Shown: one piece after another, positions 58,424 to 64,000 of the stretch
How positions within the stretch are numbered: the stretch's first letter is position 1
How the letters are laid out: every line of letters starts with the position of its first letter
From: Candidatus Pollutiaquabacter sp.
Lineage (GTDB): Bacteria; Bacteroidota; Bacteroidia; AKYH767-A; 2013-40CM-41-45
DNA: 64,000 nt
Assembly (NCBI GenBank): GCA_947465495.1
Contig: CANIAS010000007.1
Coordinates: 444 to 64,443, forward strand
Direction of reading: 5' to 3'
Position numbers and translations under genes: made by a program
Notes under the pieces: generated by a model
Told to the model about the DNA's origin: nothing
Databases searched by the model: none
What the model saw: only the letters and a program-made list of their open reading frames with translations

Positions 58424-59682
58424 CAGTGGCCGAAAAAGGCAAGACACATAAGACGTTGGCGGACGCCGGAGATACCTTAGTGGCAGAGCTAGGTATTAAA
58501 AAGCTGCAGTTGCACTGGCTCCTGCAAATCACTAAAGCCATCAATTATAATTTTTCAACCAAGCAATTGCTTGATGTCTTTGAGCATGTGCTTAATAGTC
58601 AGTTGCGGGTTGAAAAACTAGCTCTATTCATCCGTGAGCCGTCCTGGAAATGTGCGCTCATGTATGGTACTGATACCACTTTTGCCGGAATCGATCTTGA
58701 TCGTATTCTCTCCGAGCTAAACAAGTTGCACAACCAGGAACTGAACCCTGAATTATGGGTTCACTCGTTTGAGACCATTCTTCCAGTTTATCATAAGGAT
58801 CAGCTACTGGCATATGCCTTGGTTGGTGGAACGGCTAATAGTGTCATTCCGAAAAAGAATGAGCTGATCTCCTTCATTCAGACGATTACTAATCTGATTG
58901 TTGTAGCCATAGAAAATAATCACGTTTCCATCGAGAAAATTCGGCAGGCGGCGATGAAGCGTGAGCTTGAATTGGCTGCTCAGATGCAGAATATCCTTTT
59001 CCCAATTACATTACCGGATACGCCTGATTATCGCCTTCAATCGTATTATTTGCCCCATCAAGAGGTGGGAGGGGATTATTACGATTATATACAGCTCAAC
59101 GAGGATGAATTTGTTATCTGCATGGCCGATGTTTCAGGAAAAGGTATACCAGCTGCATTGCTTTGCTCCAACTTTCAAGCGAATCTCCATGCACACGTGC
59201 ATGTCATCCCCACGCTAACGGAGTTGGTTAAGCTGCTAAACAAGAAGGTATTCAAAAGTGCGCAAGGGGAGAAGTTCATCACGTTCTTCATCGGTCGTTA
59301 CAACGTCAAAACGCGCGAATTGACCTATGTTAATGCTGGACACAATCCTCCCTTTCTCATTCATGAGAAGGTGGTTTATTTATTGAATGAAGGTAGTACC
59401 GCGTTAGGCATGTTTGAAGAGTTGCCGTTTGTCAACGTTGGTAAAACCTACGTTCCAGGCAATGCCTTTCTACATTGTTATACAGATGGTGTCACAGATG
59501 TCGAAAATGAAAAAGGGGAGGATTTCGGCTCGTTTCGCTTGAGAGAGTTTTTTACTTCACGAGCGTCTGAATCGGATCTGAAGAAAGTGCAACAGCAATT
59601 AGTAGATACACTCTTTTCATTCAAGGAGAACGGGATGTATACGGATGATATTACGCTCTTGAGTTGCTGGTTCAAGGGCTGA
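58420..59682 (+). CDS. GAF-domain / PP2C (SpoIIE-family) serine phosphatase
   Basis: 'GGDYYDY…DVSGKGIPAAL…NAGHNPP' SpoIIE/PP2C motifs. The N-terminal ~180 aa look GAF-like. The start overlaps the lpxD stop (ATGA). Confidence 0.7.
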   Translation: MTVAEKGKTHKTLADAGDTLVAELGIKKLQLHWLLQITKAINYNFSTKQLLDVFEHVLNSQLRVEKLALFIREPSWKCALMYGTDTTFAGIDLDRILSELNKLHNQELNPELWVHSFETILPVYHKDQLLAYALVGGTANSVIPKKNELISFIQTITNLIVVAIENNHVSIEKIRQAAMKRELELAAQMQNILFPITLPDTPDYRLQSYYLPHQEVGGDYYDYIQLNEDEFVICMADVSGKGIPAALLCSNFQANLHAHVHVIPTLTELVKLLNKKVFKSAQGEKFITFFIGRYNVKTRELTYVNAGHNPPFLIHEKVVYLLNEGSTALGMFEELPFVNVGKTYVPGNAFLHCYTDGVTDVENEKGEDFGSFRLREFFTSRASESDLKKVQQQLVDTLFSFKENGMYTDDITLLSCWFKG

Positions 59683-59692
59683 TTTCAATCAA

Positions 59693-61165
59693 TCAGTTAT
59701 TGTGAATTCCTGGCTGGGGTTCTTCTCCAATTTTTTCTTCTTCGCGGTGGTGGTATACGTCAAGAGATACTAGCATTGCCATGTAGGCCCAAAAAGGAAC
59801 GGAGAGCTTGTCGGTGTCCAGGAAATTATTCAAGGTGCCATGTACGAGATAGGTAATCAATCCCAAGAGAATGCCAAGCATCAAAACGCGTAATTGTTCA
59901 TTCCGCGTATTGGAATAGACGACCGTTGCACTGAACAAGGTCACAATGGCGAGAATGATCATGTTGACCATGCCAAATATGCCTGATTCAGCCAGAGGGC
60001 CGATGTATTCAGAGTGTGCATTACCTCGGTCGCCTGCGTTAGTCGAGATGGTTGTCATTTCATCAGACTTTTGAAAGGGTGCATAATTGAATTGATACGT
60101 GCCTGGTCCCCAACCCAAAAATGGACGTTGTTCCCACATCCGAATGGCAGAGTGCCAACGGTTGATGCGTTCCAGATTGGAGGCATCGGTAGAGATGTTT
60201 GAAATGGATTGCAGGTGTTTATTGATGTCCGTGGCAGAATCCTGGCGGTTCTTTTCCAACTTCATTAGGATGTCGTTCTGAAAGGTGAGGAATAATCCGA
60301 TCAGAATTGTTCCGCTGAAAAATACTTTCCAGAATCCAATGCGAAAGTAGTAGATGAAAAAGCAAATAAGCGCAATGAGTAAACTGATCCAGGAGGCGCG
60401 TGTGTAGGAGAGGATGATGGCTGTTACCAGTATAAACGATGCAATCGTCGCAAAAAAGCGTTCGTAAGGAAGCGTGTTGCGTAGTCGTGTAAATGCTATG
60501 AGCACTGGAATAAACATGGCCAACGCAGCAGCATACGCGGTGTGGTCATTGTAAAAAGGATACATGACCCAATGCGCGGCTTTCTGGGTCCATCCTTGTT
60601 GCGCATGTTGAAATATCGTGTAACCAATTACGATGATAAGTCCCAAAGAATAGAGCCAGATAAAGCGATGGATGTTTACTGTTTTTCGAAATAATTGAGT
60701 TCCTAGCAAGTAGAATGGTACAATGAACCAACATTGAGAAAGTAAATTTTTGAAAGACACGACTGGCATAGTGCTCGTCAGCGAGGTGATCAGTTTCCAG
60801 ATTAACACCAACGCAATGGAAAGCGTTACTGGATGAAAAATAATTTTCCGGTCGAATCCTCCGCCGTGAATGATTTTGAATACGGTGATGCACAAAACTC
60901 CGAAAAGCAATGGCTCCGTTGGCATGCTGATGGCCGGACCGCTCGACTTGTCGTTCAAGACAATGGCAAGAGGAGTGCAGAACGCAATTAATAAGAGGAT
61001 TGTATCTAATGAATAAACGGCAATCAGTCCGATGGCCAAGACAGCTGGGAACGCAGCTGCCCAATACATTTCTTTGCTCAGAAAATAAATGACAGCGGCA
61101 ACAAAAGCCAAGCTGATACCATAAAACCAGGCCAGCTTGACGGATTCATGTTTTTCCGTAGACAT
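59693..61165 (-). CDS. O-antigen ligase / Wzy-like polymerase family membrane protein
   Basis: At least 10 transmembrane helices and a Wzy_C-like loop ('YTRASWISLLIALICFFIYYF…'). I chose the internal ATG at 61165 to avoid a 41-bp overlap with the next gene. Confidence 0.55.
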   Translation of the reverse strand: MSTEKHESVKLAWFYGISLAFVAAVIYFLSKEMYWAAAFPAVLAIGLIAVYSLDTILLLIAFCTPLAIVLNDKSSGPAISMPTEPLLFGVLCITVFKIIHGGGFDRKIIFHPVTLSIALVLIWKLITSLTSTMPVVSFKNLLSQCWFIVPFYLLGTQLFRKTVNIHRFIWLYSLGLIIVIGYTIFQHAQQGWTQKAAHWVMYPFYNDHTAYAAALAMFIPVLIAFTRLRNTLPYERFFATIASFILVTAIILSYTRASWISLLIALICFFIYYFRIGFWKVFFSGTILIGLFLTFQNDILMKLEKNRQDSATDINKHLQSISNISTDASNLERINRWHSAIRMWEQRPFLGWGPGTYQFNYAPFQKSDEMTTISTNAGDRGNAHSEYIGPLAESGIFGMVNMIILAIVTLFSATVVYSNTRNEQLRVLMLGILLGLITYLVHGTLNNFLDTDKLSVPFWAYMAMLVSLDVYHHREEEKIGEEPQPGIHNN

Positions 61166-61172
61166 ACCGTTG

Positions 61173-62141
61173 TCAGTCGATATCGGCACTAGCTGTGTTT
61201 TTTTGCGAATCAATAATTAAAAAACAGATGAAGGCCAGGAGTAGTGAAGAGGATACCGTGATTAGTACAATTAACCAGCGGATCGGCCAAGCTTTCTTGT
61301 CCGATGGTTGTGGCTCTGTAACGACGTTGGTATAAGTGAGTTGCTTATACACATCGCGGTAGGCATTATCAAAGGAAATTTTTAGATCGTTGTAGTTCCC
61401 GCGGACGCGCCAGAGATGCTCCGTTAATTCATTGAACTCGCCACCTTTCTCGCGCAAGGCAAGCATCATTTTCTCGGCTTCATTGATTCCTCTGGAACTT
61501 CCAGAAGCAAGTATCCTGAAATAGCCTTCGAAAGCTCGCTCTGATTGTGTCTTGTAGTCCAGGATTCCGTATTCCATACGGAGATTGCGAAGGTGGAATT
61601 CCATGGAATCCATTTCTTGTTTCTTGCGCTCCATTTGATTGCGGCAGATAATCATTACTTCCAGTGATTTTTCTGCCTGAAGCTTACGAGCTTTTAAGTT
61701 GAAGAAATGGATGATTGAATCTACAATCTCAGAAGCAACTTTTGGATCAGTATCGAATGCAGTAATTTCCATGGATTCGTACTCAGTTTTCTTGATTGTA
61801 ACGTTCTCTTCAAACTGGGCGATAGCATCGGTCATGAAATGCGGGTTATTAGCCGTGTCGATACCATAGTGACGGAATAAGTCAAACGATTGGATTACTT
61901 TGTTTCGGATATCCGATGATTGTGCAATCTGAAGCATCTGCTCGGTAGGACTTTCGTTACTATAAGCAATCAAGTTGGATGGATAAATGAGTGCGAATGA
62001 TTTGTACTTCGGTTTCATGAAGTAACTTGAAGAGAAAATCGCTGAGGCCAAAAAGGCAATGCCCGCCACCAGTAAAAGATGTTTGCGTCGTCGCTTGATC
62101 AGTTCGATCAGCTCAAGGGAATTGAAGAAGGTATTATTCAT
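61173..62141 (-). CDS. Wzz/chain-length-determinant-like protein (paralog 1)
   Basis: N-terminal transmembrane helix after 'KRRRKHLLLVAGIAFLASAIF'. A coiled-coil periplasmic region and a C-terminal transmembrane helix 'WLIVLITVSSSLLLAFICFLII'. The ATG at 62141 was verified. Confidence 0.5.
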   Translation of the reverse strand: MNNTFFNSLELIELIKRRRKHLLLVAGIAFLASAIFSSSYFMKPKYKSFALIYPSNLIAYSNESPTEQMLQIAQSSDIRNKVIQSFDLFRHYGIDTANNPHFMTDAIAQFEENVTIKKTEYESMEITAFDTDPKVASEIVDSIIHFFNLKARKLQAEKSLEVMIICRNQMERKKQEMDSMEFHLRNLRMEYGILDYKTQSERAFEGYFRILASGSSRGINEAEKMMLALREKGGEFNELTEHLWRVRGNYNDLKISFDNAYRDVYKQLTYTNVVTEPQPSDKKAWPIRWLIVLITVSSSLLLAFICFLIIDSQKNTASADID

Positions 62142-62169
62142 GTTTGAGGGTAATGTGGCGATGATAAAT

Positions 62170-63285
62170 TCAGACTTCCAACTGGCGGATACGGTCCAAG
62201 AAAAGAAGTAGGATAAAAGAGACCAGGAGGGTTCCGAGTGTAGAAAGTACAATGATTAGCCAGCGAACAGGGGTGGCCTTGCGCTCGGATTTGTTGGCTT
62301 TGTTTACAATAAATTTGTTCGACATCCCTTGCTGGGAGTCAATCTTTAACTTATCCAATTGCGCTTTAAGCCGGGATGCATCTTTGCGGTCGATTTCAAG
62401 TTCTTCCGTTAAGGAAACACTCGCACCTCCGAAGTCAGCCAGTAGATCCATTTTCTGCTGCAAGGAACGCAAGCGTGCCAAAGCGCCGCCGATTCTCGCT
62501 TTGGTTTGTATGACTGTTGTATCCTTGCTGTCCTGTCCATAATAGGATTCCAGAATGGTCAACGATGCTTTTTCATTGCTGAAGGTAGCATACGACTTGG
62601 CGTATTCTTCGCTCCAAATTTTCGACTGATTGGTGTAGTCAATCACTCCCCTCCTGCGAATTCCTGCTAACGAATCTTCTTTGGCTGCCATGTCCGCCAA
62701 CTTGCGCTGGTAAGCCGTTTCTACTACGGCCAAGGCTTCTAATGCACGCTCCCGTTGAATTCCGCTCTTGGTGGAATCCATCAAGGAGGCAATATCGTTG
62801 GCAATATCGGCCGCCGTCTGTGGGTCGCGGTCTAATACATCAATCCGTACCGACATAAACTCCGTCCGTGCAAAGGAGATGTTCTCGCGATACTCTTCAT
62901 TCAAACGGGTAACCGGAAATTCTTCCGAAGGATTGATGCCGTAATGATTCATCAGGTCGTACTTGCGAATGATCGCATCACGAATAACATCTGAATTCAG
63001 AATTTGTAGAATCTGTTCGGCCTGCTCTTCGGCCCCAAAAGCAAGAATGTCTTGTTTGTCGGAGGTGTTTTCTTCCAACAATGCTTTACTCAACGAGCTG
63101 GTTGCTGGCGGAAAAAAAACGACAGAGGAGTGATACTTAGGTGTGATAAAGGCAGGTCCTGAAAAAATAAAAGAACCAATCGCTGCCAAACAAGTGGTAA
63201 TCAACAACGGCTTTCGCCACCTAAAGGCCTGGACGACCAGACTGGTCGATTCCAAGTAGCTGGTTTCCCGGGCTTGCTGAAACAT
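62170..63285 (-). CDS. Wzz/chain-length-determinant-like protein (paralog 2)
   Basis: Same two-transmembrane-helix plus coiled-coil architecture as its neighbour ('KPLLITTCLAAIGSFIFSG…', '…RWLIIVLSTLGTLLVSFILLLFL'). Confidence 0.5.
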   Translation of the reverse strand: MFQQARETSYLESTSLVVQAFRWRKPLLITTCLAAIGSFIFSGPAFITPKYHSSVVFFPPATSSLSKALLEENTSDKQDILAFGAEEQAEQILQILNSDVIRDAIIRKYDLMNHYGINPSEEFPVTRLNEEYRENISFARTEFMSVRIDVLDRDPQTAADIANDIASLMDSTKSGIQRERALEALAVVETAYQRKLADMAAKEDSLAGIRRRGVIDYTNQSKIWSEEYAKSYATFSNEKASLTILESYYGQDSKDTTVIQTKARIGGALARLRSLQQKMDLLADFGGASVSLTEELEIDRKDASRLKAQLDKLKIDSQQGMSNKFIVNKANKSERKATPVRWLIIVLSTLGTLLVSFILLLFLDRIRQLEV

Positions 63286-63420
63286 TCTAGGATAGAATAG
63301 AGCTTAAAATAAAGGATTCCAAAGGTAGGAAAGTTAACGGAAACAGGAAAGCTTTTTGCATTCTCACGAAGGCATTAAGGATTTGAAAATTAGCATTTTA
63401 ACAACCTTGGCTGAAAGAAG

Positions 63421-63999
63421 CTATGCTTCGTCGTACCGGACGATTCTGTATAGACTTTTTGGCTGAATCAATTGTAGTATAAACGCCACGAGGAAGCAGC
63501 CACAACTGGCAATCACGAATTGCAACATCCAGGGAAGTGCAAGTCCTGCAATACCGTAGTTCAGGCCAATGCAGGATCCTACGAATATCCCGACTCTAGT
63601 CAGAAATCCGGTGTTGGTAGTAAATGCAAAAGTCCGTTTTACCATGATGATTTGTGCCAAGCAAGTAAATACTTGGGTCAGAATACTTGAAATAGCGGCC
63701 CCGGTTGCCTGGTATTTTGGGATCAACACGAAGTTTAACAATACATTGAAAAGCATCCCAATGCTGGCCATGATGTTCAGTTGGCGAAGACTCCCATTTG
63801 CAGTCAATAAAGTACCGTAAATGTAGGTGGCTGAAATCGGAACAAAGCAGCACATCAGAATTCTGAAAACTGCTGCCGATTCATCAATGTGCTGACCTTC
63901 GTACAAAAGGTCCATAATGTGATAACTGAAGAATGCGCAGCAACAGGATACAATCATGGCTGGAATTACCAAGAGTGAAAATGAAAGTCCCGTAATCTC
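63421..63999 (-). CDS. oligosaccharide flippase (Wzx/polysaccharide-biosynthesis family); C-terminal fragment whose start lies beyond the window
   Basis: Reading frame is open to the window edge. Multiple transmembrane helices typical of the Wzx C-terminal half ('…LLNFVLIPKYQATGAAISSILTQV…'). Confidence 0.5.
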   Translation of the reverse strand, partial: EITGLSFSLLVIPAMIVSCCCAFFSYHIMDLLYEGQHIDESAAVFRILMCCFVPISATYIYGTLLTANGSLRQLNIMASIGMLFNVLLNFVLIPKYQATGAAISSILTQVFTCLAQIIMVKRTFAFTTNTGFLTRVGIFVGSCIGLNYGIAGLALPWMLQFVIASCGCFLVAFILQLIQPKSLYRIVRYDEA

Positions 64000-64000
64000 T

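Noticed and set aside
1-64000. Mobile genetic element, prophage or integrative island
   Set aside because: I found no integrase, transposase, tRNA attachment site, terminal inverted repeats, or phage structural genes. Gene content is chromosomal housekeeping plus surface proteins.

Overview
This 64-kb window looks like a chromosomal segment of a gliding Bacteroidota genome, with about 45 protein-coding genes. Many are substrates of the type IX secretion system (T9SS) carrying one of its two C-terminal sorting domains: either the Por-type motif ('PNPTSG') or the gliding-motility-associated type ('FTPNGDGxN'). The gliding-type domain and the lamin-tail N-terminus suggest Cytophagia or Saprospiria.

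In order along the window:
- A 5'-partial T9SS repeat protein, followed by a heptanucleotide microsatellite.
- A SusC/SusD polysaccharide-utilization pair, followed by an unusual secreted protein that fuses a concanavalin/LamG lectin domain and an Ig-like region to a peptide-N-glycosidase F (PNGase F)-like domain and a T9SS tail. This looks like a candidate N-glycan-harvesting locus.
- Two tandem giant adhesin-like proteins (1210 and 1639 aa). They carry PKD, Ig-like, HYR and lamin-tail domains, show DNA-level tandem repeats inside the gene, and end in gliding-type C-terminal domains.
- A FucP-family sugar transporter, a GapN-like aldehyde dehydrogenase and a BadF-type sugar kinase.
- A YHYH-family T9SS protein.
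- A translationally coupled MbnP-like / di-heme peroxidase (MbnH-like) pair.
- Two uncharacterised envelope proteins.
- An SBBP/Ig-repeat T9SS protein.
- Allantoinase placed divergently from an Fcy1-type cytosine deaminase.
- An overlapping J-domain / HIRAN-domain gene pair.
- A cNMP-binding hybrid histidine kinase with an HD hydrolase.
- An 11-gene complex I operon, nuoABCD-HIJKLMN, with no nuoEFG.
- rnhB, a GT4 glycosyltransferase, lpxD, a GAF/PP2C phosphatase, and an O-antigen/capsule cluster (ligase, two Wzz-like paralogs, a Wzx fragment).

I found no rRNA, tRNA, CRISPR array, transposase or integrase. I count the J-domain/HIRAN pair, the MbnP/MbnH-like module and the PNGase F fusion as the most promising leads for new biology. 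All domain calls come from reading the translated ORFs and recalling family signatures; none is a database result.
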